A DNA stretch of 64,000 nucleotides from Alphaproteobacteria bacterium (GTDB lineage Bacteria > Pseudomonadota > Alphaproteobacteria > UBA2966): assembly GCA_964291395.2 (NCBI GenBank), contig OZ219856.1, positions 1,056,001 to 1,120,000 of the forward strand, read 5' to 3'. Positions 19,594 to 28,745 of this stretch are shown one piece after another (within the stretch, counting starts at the first letter, position 1; each line of letters begins with the position of its first letter). The notes beneath the pieces are model-generated. The model did no database searches. It was not told the DNA's origin and worked only from the letters and a program-made list of their open reading frames with translations. Both the position numbers and the translations under genes were made by a program.

Positions 19594-20775
19594 TCACGCC
19601 GGGTTCCTCGCGATGAGCTGTCGAGCGATGATGATGCGCTGCATCTCGTTGGTGCCCTCCCCGATGCAGAGGAGCGGCGCGTCGCGGTAAAGGCGCTCCA
19701 CGGGAAATTCCGTCGAGTAGCCGTAGCCGCCGTGGATTCGCATGCACTCCTGGGCATTCTCCAGGGCGGCCTCCGAGGCATAGAGCTTGGCCATGCCGGC
19801 CTCCATGTCGCAGCGCTCGCCCCGGTCGTAGGCGGTGGCGGCATACTCGGTCAGCAGCTTGGCCGCCTGGCAGCGCGTGGCCATATCGGCGAGCTTGAGT
19901 TGGATGGCCTGGTGCTGGCAGATGGGCTTGCCCATCGTCTCGCGTACCTGGGAGTAGGCGGTCGCCTCCTTGAGGGCGGCGTTGGCGATGCCGACGCCGC
20001 GGGCCGCGACGTTGATGCGGCCGAGCTCCAACCCGCCCACGGCCTGGTGGAATCCGCGGCCCTCCTCGCCGCCGATCAGATTGTCTTCCGAAACCTGGAA
20101 GTTCTCGAAGATCAGTTCGGCCGTGTCGATGCCTCTGTAACCGATTTTCTCGAGCTTGCGGCCGACGGTGAAGCCGTGGCCCTTCTCGGCGAGCAACAGG
20201 CTCATGCCCTTGTGACGGGGCTCGGCTTCGGTGTCCGTTTTCACGAGCACCGCGAAGCAGGTCCCTTCGATCCCGTTGGAAATCCAGGTCTTGGTGCCGT
20301 TGACGGTGAAGTTGTCGCCCTGGCGCACGGCGGTCGTGCGGATGGCCTGAAGGTCGGTGCCGCAGTTCGGTTCCGTGAGCGCGAGGCCGCCGCGGACCTC
20401 ACCGCTGGCGAACCGCGGCAGGAACCGTTCCCTTTGCTCGTCGGTGCCGAAGCGTTCCACGGCCGCCGACATGATCAGGTGCGAGTTGAAGATGCCGGTT
20501 AGCGACATCCACACTTCGGAGATGCGCGTGACGATCTTGGCGTAGGTTCCGGCCGGGAGCCCGAGTCCCCCGTATTCGCGGGATATCGTGGCGCCGAACA
20601 GGCCGAGTTCCTTCATTTGCTCGACCATCTCGCGGGGGTATGCGTCGGCGTGCTCGAGCGCCATGACCCTGTCCTTGACGTCCCGGTCGAGCCACTTGTC
20701 GATGGCATCGAGGATTTGTGCCTCGTCCTGGGAGGAAACGTGCGCGTCGGCCGCGCGTCCCGGCGGGTCGGTCAT
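19594..20775 (-). CDS. Acyl-CoA dehydrogenase
   Basis: LALTEPNCGTDL, IHGGYGYSTEFPVERLYRDA, IGEGTNEMQR. Confidence 0.93.
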   Translation of the reverse strand: MTDPPGRAADAHVSSQDEAQILDAIDKWLDRDVKDRVMALEHADAYPREMVEQMKELGLFGATISREYGGLGLPAGTYAKIVTRISEVWMSLTGIFNSHLIMSAAVERFGTDEQRERFLPRFASGEVRGGLALTEPNCGTDLQAIRTTAVRQGDNFTVNGTKTWISNGIEGTCFAVLVKTDTEAEPRHKGMSLLLAEKGHGFTVGRKLEKIGYRGIDTAELIFENFQVSEDNLIGGEEGRGFHQAVGGLELGRINVAARGVGIANAALKEATAYSQVRETMGKPICQHQAIQLKLADMATRCQAAKLLTEYAATAYDRGERCDMEAGMAKLYASEAALENAQECMRIHGGYGYSTEFPVERLYRDAPLLCIGEGTNEMQRIIIARQLIARNPA

Positions 20776-21323
20776 ATCGCCCCTCCCTGTCCGGACTTGG
20801 CGTCGGCCGCGGCGATCACGTCCTCGACGGCGTGACCGCGCTTGGGGATCAGAGCCGATCGCCGAAAGCTCATCACGAGGGTCCCGTCCTGCTTGTGGGC
20901 GCGGGTCTCGACGCTGACGATGCCCTGGGTCGGGCGGGACCTGGATTCGCGTACGTCGAGGACCTCCGTCTCCGCGTAGAGCGTATCGCCGTGGAACACC
21001 GGCGCCGGCATCTCGATCTCCGTCCAACCGAGGTTGGCGATGGCCTTCTGGCTGACGTCCGAGACGGTCATGCCGACCACGACGGAGAGCGTGAGGGCGC
21101 TGTTCACGAGCGGTCGCCCGAATTCGGTGTGGCGGCAGTACTCGTGGTCGAAGTGAAGCGGGTGCTGATTCATGGTCAGCAGCGTGAACCAGGTGTTGTC
21201 GGCCTCCGATATGGTCCGGCCTGGCCGATGCTCGTAGACGTCACCGATGGTGAAGTCCTCGAGATAGCGGCCGAATGATTCACGGTAGCGGCTTTCGCCG
21301 ACCCGTACCGACTCCTTGGTCAT
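20772..21323 (-). CDS. MaoC-family dehydratase
   Basis: GRYLEDFTIGDVYEHRPGRT, TMNQHPLHFD, PVFHGDTLYAETEV. Confidence 0.9.
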   Translation of the reverse strand: MTKESVRVGESRYRESFGRYLEDFTIGDVYEHRPGRTISEADNTWFTLLTMNQHPLHFDHEYCRHTEFGRPLVNSALTLSVVVGMTVSDVSQKAIANLGWTEIEMPAPVFHGDTLYAETEVLDVRESRSRPTQGIVSVETRAHKQDGTLVMSFRRSALIPKRGHAVEDVIAAADAKSGQGGAI

Positions 21324-21502
21324 GGCCCGGCCTCCCTGCGTCTTCCGGTTGGCGAGAGGCGTCACGCCTCTCGCCCGGTCATAATGGCGGCACCGGGCGC
21401 GGAAGGTCCAGAAACGTGCGCGCGGTCGCGATGCCACGACTACGCCATCTTTGATACGTTCAATGGGAAGCGGCGGCGACGCACCCGGTCGGGGAGGCGG
21501 GC

Positions 21503-21917
21503 ATGAGCGACTGCATTTTCTGAGATCGTCGCGCGCGAGGTGCCGGCTCACGTCGCCTGCGAAACCGATACGGCGTTGGCGGTCATGGACGTGGGGCACG
21601 TCGGTCCGGGCCACACCCTGGTCGTCGTCAAGCCGCATGTGGAGACGGTAATGGAGCTCGATGAGGATCTGGCTGCGGACGCCTTTCGCGTCGCGAACCG
21701 CATGGCGAAGGCTCTTGAAGCGCGGTTCAGTCCCGAGGGGATGACGATCCTGCAGGCGAACAGGCCGGCGGGATGGCAGACGGTGAACCATTTTCACCTT
21801 CACGTCCTGCCACGGGCGGCAGATGACGGCGTGACCCTGACGTGGCCCGCGAAGAACCCGCCGCGGGAAGAGCTCGCCGCGCGGGCCGCGGAGATCTCGT
21901 CTTTCATCGTGGACTAG
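21503..21917 (+). pseudogene. HIT family hydrolase, frameshifted after codon 6
   Basis: SD GGGGAGG, then ATG at 21503 reading MSDCIF-TGA. The rest of the HIT domain (EIVAREVPAH...HFHLHVLPR) continues in the +1 frame. Confidence 0.7.
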
Positions 21918-22124
21918 CGCAGGTAAGCGCACCCCACGCGCCGATGGCGCGCTTCCGGCTGGCGTCCGCCCTCGCATGAGCGGACGAAAAACACCGTAAC
22001 GTCAGCAAGTTGGAGACCGGCCGGTCCCGCCCCGTCCGCGAAGGCCTCCGGGTTCGTGCCCTGAAAATGCCCCGCCGCATAGAGTAGCCACCGAAATACT
22101 TCCTTGTTAGAGGGTTTCACTTCG

Positions 22125-22156
22125 GAGCCCAGCACTGGTCACACGGTGCTGGGCTC
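22125..22156. repeat. Inverted repeat / stable hairpin
   Basis: GAGCCCAGCAC-N10-GTGCTGGGCTC, a perfect 11-bp stem. Confidence 0.7.
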
Positions 22157-22260
22157 GCACGTTTTACGGGGTTCAATTCGCGGGTGGAAGACCCGCCTTG
22201 GGTGCGGGTGCGAGAATCCAGCGCTGAAACCAGGGTAAACCGCCACCAGGCATCTTGGCA

Positions 22261-22398
22261 GTTCCAGATCCACGTAGCTGAACAGACCGTCGCCTCGCTC
22301 GTCCCGACCCCGCATCCCTACCTCCCACGACAATCGACGCAGGATCGGAAAACCACGGCACAGAAAATCACTCCAGCGACTTTTCGGCAGCCTGCTAG
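22261..22398 (-). mobile_element. IS5-like element left-end remnant (terminal repeat plus first 18 transposase codons)
   Basis: Minus strand reads CTAG-CAGGCTGCCGAAAAG..., then ATG at 22315 giving MRGRDERGDGLFSYVDLE; similarity ends abruptly. Confidence 0.7.
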
Positions 22399-23447
22399 AT
22401 CCGGTTGGCTTCGGCCTCTGCGTGTCGCAACCGCTCCACGATCCATCGGAAGGCCGGCGCCTCGCCGAGGATCATGTCGCGCATGGCCCGGATCCGGTAG
22501 TCCCGCTCGACGGCCGCGTGCAGCTCGGGTTGCGGGGCCAGCCGGAGCGATCCCGGAATGGCTTCCTCGAACCGCTTCCAGGCCTGCCGGAAGGTGACGA
22601 GATTATGGGTCCGGACCGCGTCGAGCAGGGCGGTGTCGGTGAGCGCGGACTCACCGGTCGCGGTCGCCGCGATCACGGCGGCGTCGTAGTAGTGGCGCGA
22701 AATCCGGTCCTTGTCCGCCGGCAGCCGCCCGGCATCCCGGTAGCCGCAATGCAGGCCGTGCAGGATCAGGAGCTTCTCCCAGAAGGTGCGCTCGGGCGCG
22801 AGCGTCGCGATGTTCCCGACGTGGAACGGCCAGTCCGGCAGCTCGCCGCCGACATACGGAGAAACGGCACGGGTGACGACGGGCTCGAGCGCCGAGCGCG
22901 CCCCGGCCTCGATCTTGACGCGCGGGGGTACATAGGAGGCGTCGCCACCGGGATAGAGGGTGGAATACGCGACCAGGAGCGTCTGCCCGCCAGCGTCGTC
23001 CGGGTCGGACCCTACGGCGCATCCCTCCGTCAGGCCGCCGATCAGCTCCGTCAGGGCGGCCTTCAAATCGCCGAGGACGTAGGCGCCGCAGGCTCCCGCC
23101 AGCTCGTCGAACAGCGCGCTCCTTCGCTTGTTCGAGAGGCCGGCCGCACTCGTCGGATCGCGGTCGCCCGCGAAACCCAGGGCGTCGCGATGGACCACGA
23201 GATCGATGTCCTCCGAGAACCGCCGGATCAGCCCGAAGGCCTTGGAGAGCGAGGTCCCGCCCTTGAACAGCAGCTTCGGGTGCCCGGCCGGCAGCCGGTT
23301 GAAGAGCGCGTCGAGGACGAGACACACCCAGAAATCCTTCTCGACATAGCCCGGCACGGTGTCGAGGCGGTTCGCGGCGGCGGCGAAGACGTCCCGCCTG
23401 TCCCGATCCGGCAGGGCGAGAAAGGACGCGAAGGCGTCCACCGTCAT
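22395..23447 (-). CDS. AbiEii/AbiGii-family nucleotidyltransferase toxin (type IV TA)
   Basis: VEKDFWV...LFKGGTSLSK...IRRFSEDID...PERTFWEK...SRHYYD. Confidence 0.92.
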   Translation of the reverse strand: MTVDAFASFLALPDRDRRDVFAAAANRLDTVPGYVEKDFWVCLVLDALFNRLPAGHPKLLFKGGTSLSKAFGLIRRFSEDIDLVVHRDALGFAGDRDPTSAAGLSNKRRSALFDELAGACGAYVLGDLKAALTELIGGLTEGCAVGSDPDDAGGQTLLVAYSTLYPGGDASYVPPRVKIEAGARSALEPVVTRAVSPYVGGELPDWPFHVGNIATLAPERTFWEKLLILHGLHCGYRDAGRLPADKDRISRHYYDAAVIAATATGESALTDTALLDAVRTHNLVTFRQAWKRFEEAIPGSLRLAPQPELHAAVERDYRIRAMRDMILGEAPAFRWIVERLRHAEAEANRI

Positions 23448-24067
23448 GCTGCCACGGCGTCCTCGGCCGCGATGTCGCGCGCGAGCGGCAGCGCCCAGCC
23501 GGGCAGGTCCCGCCCGTTCCGGGCAAGGTCGCGCTTCACCGCCTCGGGGAGACGGCGCTTCAGGGCCGCGACGACCCGCGCGTCCCGGGCAGCGTCGGGG
23601 CCGAGCCATCGCAGCGCCTGGACCGCCGACGCCGCCGGCCGGTCCGCCCAGCGCATGACGCGGGGGCCGGCGTGGTGGAAGCGGATCGTCCCGCCGTCGA
23701 TCCCGACCGTGCGGGTGGCGCCGTCGGTGACGTAGCCGGCCCTTGCCGGCACCGCGTTGGTGAGGCCCAGCCGATGCGCGGCAGTCGCGCCGTCGGGCAT
23801 GATCCGGATGCCGTCGCGCCGCGCCAGCGCGGCCACGGCAGCGTCGAGGTCGACCGGCGCGGGCCGGTTCAGCACGGCGCTGATGCGCGGCAGGTCGTAG
23901 AGGCCCCTGCCGGCGCGGCGCAGCCGTCCGGACTTGACGAGGCGCGAGAGCGCTTGGTCGACGGCCTCCCGGCTGCCGAGGTCCAGGAAGTCCTTGGGCG
24001 TGCACACCCATCGGCCCCGACCGTGCGCGCTCACCCGCCTCATGATTGCGTCGGCCACGCCGGTCAT
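23444..24067 (-). CDS. DUF6088/AbiEi-like antitoxin (winged HTH)
   Basis: TPKDFLDLGSREAVDQALSRL...RRAGRGLY; SD GGAGGA; ATGA overlap with the toxin gene. Confidence 0.85.
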   Translation of the reverse strand: MTGVADAIMRRVSAHGRGRWVCTPKDFLDLGSREAVDQALSRLVKSGRLRRAGRGLYDLPRISAVLNRPAPVDLDAAVAALARRDGIRIMPDGATAAHRLGLTNAVPARAGYVTDGATRTVGIDGGTIRFHHAGPRVMRWADRPAASAVQALRWLGPDAARDARVVAALKRRLPEAVKRDLARNGRDLPGWALPLARDIAAEDAVAA

Positions 24068-24199
24068 CGGTCGATCCTCCATGCGTTTGTGTCAGAAAAT
24101 ATAGGCATTATTCCTGTCATTTCAACCGCCGTTTGGGATGCCCCTGCAGTCGTCTCCATCCGCGCGCCTTTCTCCATCGAGAGGGGAGTGCCGGCCGTG

Positions 24200-24354
24200 A
24201 GCGGGTCGGCGGTCTGGTGTCGGTGGTCATCGCGCCGCCCGGACCGCCGGCGACGCCGCCGGACACCGTCCCGGGTTCCAGGCCGTCGATGATCCCGGTT
24301 CCGGGCGGCGTCCGTGTGTGGCTGGCCACGGGCGTGACGGACATGCGGCGCGGC
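24200..24354 (+). mobile_element. IS66 remnant (N-terminus of accessory TnpB)
   Basis: ATG at 24289 gives MIPVPGGVRVWLATGVTDMRRG, the typical IS66 TnpB start, truncated after 22 codons; left boundary approximate. Confidence 0.8.
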
Positions 24355-24546
24355 CGGCAGGGTAGCGAAGATGGCCGGTCAGCCTGCCCCGACGCGCTTC
24401 GAAATCAAAGTAGTTCACATATACCGTCAAATTTACAGTAAAAAGTCACTGACAGTCTCTTGAGGGGGTGTTTTTCATGTTGTATCATGGAATTTCAGGG
24501 GCTTCAGGTTTTTGGCTTCGTTTTTCAGTCAGGATCATCAAAATTC

Positions 24547-26100
24547 ATGAATGTCGTGCATCAGCATCGATTTTCAGGGCCGATCACGGTTTTTCAGGAC
24601 AGACGGCTGCCGGAACGGGCGACGCTGGCCGGCTATGCCGCCCTGATCGATGCCTGCAGTCTGCACGTTCCCTTGCCACGGACCTTATCCGCTACGGGCG
24701 AGCGGCACAGGATCTCGGAAGAGGGAGGCTGGCGCCTTCTCACCCCTCGCCATGCTCCGCGCCCCACACTGGAAGCGCACCTGACCTTCGCCCTCAAGTA
24801 TGAGGGACTCGATCTTGCCGTTCTGAAGCGCCTCTTCCTTGCGGTGGATGCGGCCGAGATCGAATCCATCGTCCGGGATACGCCCACGGGCAGCTATGCA
24901 CGGCGCCTCTGGTTTCTTTACGAGTGGCTCACCGGTCAGCGTCTGAACCTTCCCGATGCCACACGGGGCGACTATGTCACGGTCGTCAATCCGCAGCGGC
25001 AATGGGCGGTCCAGGGCGAGAACTCCACGCGACATCGCGTCAGGAACAACCTGCCGGGCACACCGGACTTCTGTCCGCTCGTCCAGCGCACGGAAGCACT
25101 CGAGGAATTCGTCAATCTCGATCTCGCGGAGCGGGCGCGGATGGTCGTCGCTGCGGTGCCGAGGGACTTGCTGGCCCGCACAGCCGCTTTCCTGCTCTTG
25201 AAGGACTCGAAGTCGAGCTACGCGATCGAGGGCGAACGCCCGCCACAAAACCGCATTCAGCGCTGGGGCCGCGCTATCGGCGAGGCCGGCCGCCAACCGA
25301 TCGACCTCGACGAACTGCTACGCCTGCAAAAGATCGTGATCGGCGATGAGAGATTCGTGCGTCCGGGTTTGCGCACCGAAGGCGGATTTGTCGGCGGGCA
25401 CGACCGGGACACGGGCGCTCCGCTTCCCGACCACATCAGCGCGCGGCACGAGGATCTGGCATCCCTGATTGAAGGCATGGTCGCCTTCGGTCGGGGTCCT
25501 GCAACCACCCTCAATCCCGTCATCGCGGCTGCCGCGCTGGCCTTCGGCTTCGTGTATGTCCACCCGTTCGATGACGGGAACGGACGCATTCATCGCTATC
25601 TCATGCATCACGTCCTCGCCCAGCGGGGCTTCAACCCGCCGGGTGTCGTGTTTCCGGTATCCGCCGCGATCCTGCATCGGGTCGACGCTTATGGTGCGGT
25701 TCTGGAAGACTACTCGCGGCGGCTCCTGCCGCTCGTCGAGTGGGAGCCAACGGAGCGCGGGAATGTCCGTGTACTCAACGACACCGCCGATTTCTATCGC
25801 TTTTTCGACGCCACGCCGCATGCCGAGTTCCTGTTCGACTGCGTGCGCACGACGATCGAGGAAGACCTGCCGAACGAGGCGGATTTTCTCCGGCGCTACG
25901 ACCAGTTTACAGGCCATCTTCAGGCAATCGTCGATATGCCTGATCGCACCGCCGATCTTCTGTTCCGGTTCCTCCATCAAAATGGCGGGCGCCTCTCGCG
26001 GCGGGCGCGAGAAAGAGAATTCGAGGCGCTGACGGATGAAGAAACTGAAACTATCGAGCGTCTATATGCCGAGACATTTGGACCGCCGCCGCCGGGATAG
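24547..26100 (+). CDS. Fic family protein (class II, self-inhibited)
   Basis: Canonical HPFDDGNGRIHR motif; upstream SYAIEG matches the inhibitory (S/T)xxxE(G/N) motif. Confidence 0.92.
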   Translation: MNVVHQHRFSGPITVFQDRRLPERATLAGYAALIDACSLHVPLPRTLSATGERHRISEEGGWRLLTPRHAPRPTLEAHLTFALKYEGLDLAVLKRLFLAVDAAEIESIVRDTPTGSYARRLWFLYEWLTGQRLNLPDATRGDYVTVVNPQRQWAVQGENSTRHRVRNNLPGTPDFCPLVQRTEALEEFVNLDLAERARMVVAAVPRDLLARTAAFLLLKDSKSSYAIEGERPPQNRIQRWGRAIGEAGRQPIDLDELLRLQKIVIGDERFVRPGLRTEGGFVGGHDRDTGAPLPDHISARHEDLASLIEGMVAFGRGPATTLNPVIAAAALAFGFVYVHPFDDGNGRIHRYLMHHVLAQRGFNPPGVVFPVSAAILHRVDAYGAVLEDYSRRLLPLVEWEPTERGNVRVLNDTADFYRFFDATPHAEFLFDCVRTTIEEDLPNEADFLRRYDQFTGHLQAIVDMPDRTADLLFRFLHQNGGRLSRRAREREFEALTDEETETIERLYAETFGPPPPG

Positions 26101-26202
26101 GGATCGCGCCAATGAAAGACGTCGTGGCGCCCCCGGCGGCGCCGGCCCGCCCGCCCGGCGGCAGCGTTCCGCCGCGGGCAAGGATCCGATCGGCGGCGGC
26201 CC

Positions 26203-26975
26203 CTACCAGCGCACGGCGCTGCGCACCATCACGCCCTGCTCGGGCGCATCGTCGTTGGCGCTCTCGCTCAGCGTGCCTTCGAGGTTGAGGCTCACGTCGG
26301 GCGCGATGCTCCAGCGGGCGCCCGCGCGCCAGGTCCGCGCTGGTGCGCTCCGGCGCGCCGCCGTCGAGGTCGAGCGTCAGCCGCCCGGAGCCGGTTCCCG
26401 CCAGACCCCAGGCCGACAGCCGCTCCGAGAGCGCGAGCCGCGCATAGGGCAGCGCCGTCGTCACCGAGCTCCCCATCGCATAGCTCCGGCCCGAGCGTGC
26501 GCGCCGTGTCCGGCCGCAGCAGCGCGTCCATGCCGCCGGTCGCCTCCGTCCCGACCGCCTGGCGCAGCGTCAGCTTCGGGCCCCGGTCAGTGTCGGGCGA
26601 GGGGTCCCAGGCCAGCGAGCCCGCAAAGCCCCGCTCGCTCAGGCTCCCGTCCTCGTGCGTCAGCAGACCCCGCGCGGCAAGCTCCGCCCGCATCCCGAGC
26701 AAGGGATCGGCCCAAAGGAGCCTTGCCCCAATATCCGCACCGAACCCGGTCTCCGCGTCGCCCCCGTCATGGCGCGCGCCCACCTCCAGCGTCGGCACCA
26801 GCGTCCCGAAGCCGCGCCACGTCCCCTCGAGGCCCAGACGCAGACGCGTCACGTCCGCCTCCGACGCCCCAAGGCTGCCGCCGCTCCCGCGCACCTCCTC
26901 CGACGTCGTGCGCACGACCAGCGCATCCGACGTGACGCTAAGCTCCAGACCGCCCTCGGCCGGCCAGGAGAGCGA
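26203..26975 (-). pseudogene. Fragments of an autotransporter-like outer-membrane beta-barrel domain
   Basis: Three pieces joined by frame changes: VTRLRLGLEG...EVGARHDGGDAETGFG...GSLAWDP; VTTALPYARLALSERLSAWGLAGTGSG; and WRAGARWSIAPDVSLNLEG...VRW-stop. No start codon or passenger domain. Confidence 0.65.
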
Positions 26976-27376
26976 TGAAGCCGAGCGCAGGCATACGCGT
27001 GTTCGTGGACGGCAACAATGTGATGGGTTCGCGCCCGGATGGATGGTGGCGCGATCGCGGTGCCGCGGCGCGGCGCCTCGTGGCCGAGCTTGAACCCGTC
27101 GCGCGACGCCTGCGAGGGAAGTGGATGGTCGTGTTCGACGGCTGTTCGCCGCCCGGGAAGGCCGCAGGGCCGGCAACCGCCGTCAGCGTGGAGCATGCTC
27201 TTCACCGTGGTGCGGATGCTGCCGACGACCGCATCGTCGCACTCGTCGCCGCCCTGCCGGAACAGTCCGACGTCCTGGTGTACACGTCCGATCGGCGGTT
27301 GCGTGAGCGGCTGGCGGCGCTGGGAGTACATGTAGAGGGCGCAGGTGCATTGTGGGAGCTTGTCGCGACTGCTTAG
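26975..27376 (+). CDS. NYN (PIN-like) domain protein, YacP-like putative RNase
   Basis: VFVDGNNVMGSRPDGWWRDR...VVFDG...ADDRIV...VYTSDRRL acidic NYN motifs. Confidence 0.82.
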   Translation: MKPSAGIRVFVDGNNVMGSRPDGWWRDRGAAARRLVAELEPVARRLRGKWMVVFDGCSPPGKAAGPATAVSVEHALHRGADAADDRIVALVAALPEQSDVLVYTSDRRLRERLAALGVHVEGAGALWELVATA

Positions 27377-27389
27377 TGCCGAACGCGCC

Positions 27390-27441
27390 CCCCGCTTGAT
27401 CGGCGCGGCATGCAATATGTTGCCACGCCGATCAAGCGGGG
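27390..27441. repeat. Long inverted repeat next to the IS21 remnant
   Basis: CCCCGCTTGATCGGCG ... CGCCGATCAAGCGGGG (16-bp perfect arms plus an inner GGCA/TGCC pair). Confidence 0.75.
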
Positions 27442-27454
27442 CTATCCGGAACTG

Positions 27455-27550
27455 TGCCGGTGCCGGGCGAGGCCCTGCCTGATCCGTTAGCTCCCGGCGT
27501 TCATCTCCAGGATGTGGACATCGTAGGTGATGTGGTCGAGCAGGGCCCCG
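27455..27550 (-). mobile_element. IS21 istB C-terminal remnant
   Basis: Minus-strand translation GALLDHITYDVHILEMNAGS*RIRQ resembles the IstB end ALLDRLTHHxHILEMNGESYR, with a premature stop. Confidence 0.7.
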
Positions 27551-27638
27551 GGGCGGCGCTCGCCATGGCCGAGGTAGGCGAACCGGATGGAGATCGGGGC
27601 TACAGTTTGTTCATCATCGCCAAGCGCCTAGCGGGTTC

Positions 27639-28571
27639 ATGTCTGTCATCGTCGAAGTCATTCTTCCGATCTTCGCCATCATGCTGGCGGGTTATGCGGC
27701 CGCTCGCATCCGCTTGCTCGTGGAGGGTGCCAGCGAAGCCATAAGCCAATTCGTTTACTACGCGGCGGCACCGGCGCTGGCTTTCGTTTCCCTGTACCGC
27801 ACGTCTCTTGAGGATTTCTTCAACTGGGCGTTCCTCGGCGCGCTCGGCGGCGGACTGATGATAACCCTGTGCCTTAGCCTGCTGGTCGCCGTCCGCTTCT
27901 TTCCGGGAAGTCTCACCGCTTACGGCCTGCACGGCATGTGCACCATGTTCCCGAGTACTGGCTATGTAGGCGTGCCGCTACTGTTCATCGCCTTCGGCGA
28001 TGTGGGTCTCGTCCCGGCGATCATCGGCGTCGTCGTTACCGGGGCGTTCTTCCTGCCCATATCCATCATTTTCGCGGAGATCGACCGGGGCAAGGGCCGA
28101 TCCCGAAATCTGCTCCGGCCCTTTGCCGGCGCGTTGGCGAGCCCGCTGGTCGCATCGGCGGTGGCCGGTCTTGCAGCCTCTGCCAGCGGCCTGCAGTTGC
28201 CGACGGCAGCCGTCACCTTCTTCGACATGCTGAGCGGTGCCTTCGCGCCGTGCGCCCTGTTCGCCGCCGGGCTATTCATGGGTGGCCGCAAGGTTCGGGC
28301 CGATCGGAAGGAGGTGACATGGCTGGTGGTCGTGAAGCTGGCGATACAACCTCTGATAACCTGGTGGCTGGCATATCGGGTCTTCGGCCTCGACGGCATC
28401 TGGGCGGCATCGGCCGTCATTCTTGCCGCTCTCCCCACAGGTGTGCCCGTGTTCGTCGTGGCGCAGCGCTACGGCAGGTACGTCGAGCGCTCGGCCGCCG
28501 CCGTAGTCGTCTCTACCGCGGTCTCGGTGTTCACCCTGTCAGCGCTGCTGATCGTGCTGGACGTGAAATGA
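27639..28571 (+). CDS. AEC (auxin efflux carrier) family transporter
   Basis: VILPIFAIMLAGY...YAAAPAL...GYVGVPL...KLAIQPL...AALPTG. Confidence 0.9.
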   Translation: MSVIVEVILPIFAIMLAGYAAARIRLLVEGASEAISQFVYYAAAPALAFVSLYRTSLEDFFNWAFLGALGGGLMITLCLSLLVAVRFFPGSLTAYGLHGMCTMFPSTGYVGVPLLFIAFGDVGLVPAIIGVVVTGAFFLPISIIFAEIDRGKGRSRNLLRPFAGALASPLVASAVAGLAASASGLQLPTAAVTFFDMLSGAFAPCALFAAGLFMGGRKVRADRKEVTWLVVVKLAIQPLITWWLAYRVFGLDGIWAASAVILAALPTGVPVFVVAQRYGRYVERSAAAVVVSTAVSVFTLSALLIVLDVK

Positions 28572-28745
28572 CTCGAAAATACGACGAGGTTGATTGCGCA
28601 TCGCACGTTGCAGGCCGGGGCGGCGATAGCGACATGAAGGCGCCGCTGAAATCCTCGACAACCATCGACTCCCTTGATCTGATGGCTTCCACGCATTTCG
28701 GAGCGCTTGGCACTTCGAGAGGCGCCAATGAAGGGAGATCGGCCC

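Noticed and set aside
21515-21527. prfB-like programmed +1 frameshift in the HIT gene
   Set aside because: The P-site codon TTC cannot re-pair well at TCT, and the shifted product would lack the second zinc-binding Cys. A small deletion is simpler.
23448-24011. N-terminal extension of the AbiEii ORF in the track (538 aa)
   Set aside because: It overlaps the antitoxin gene in another frame. The real start is the ATG at 23447, coupled to the antitoxin stop.
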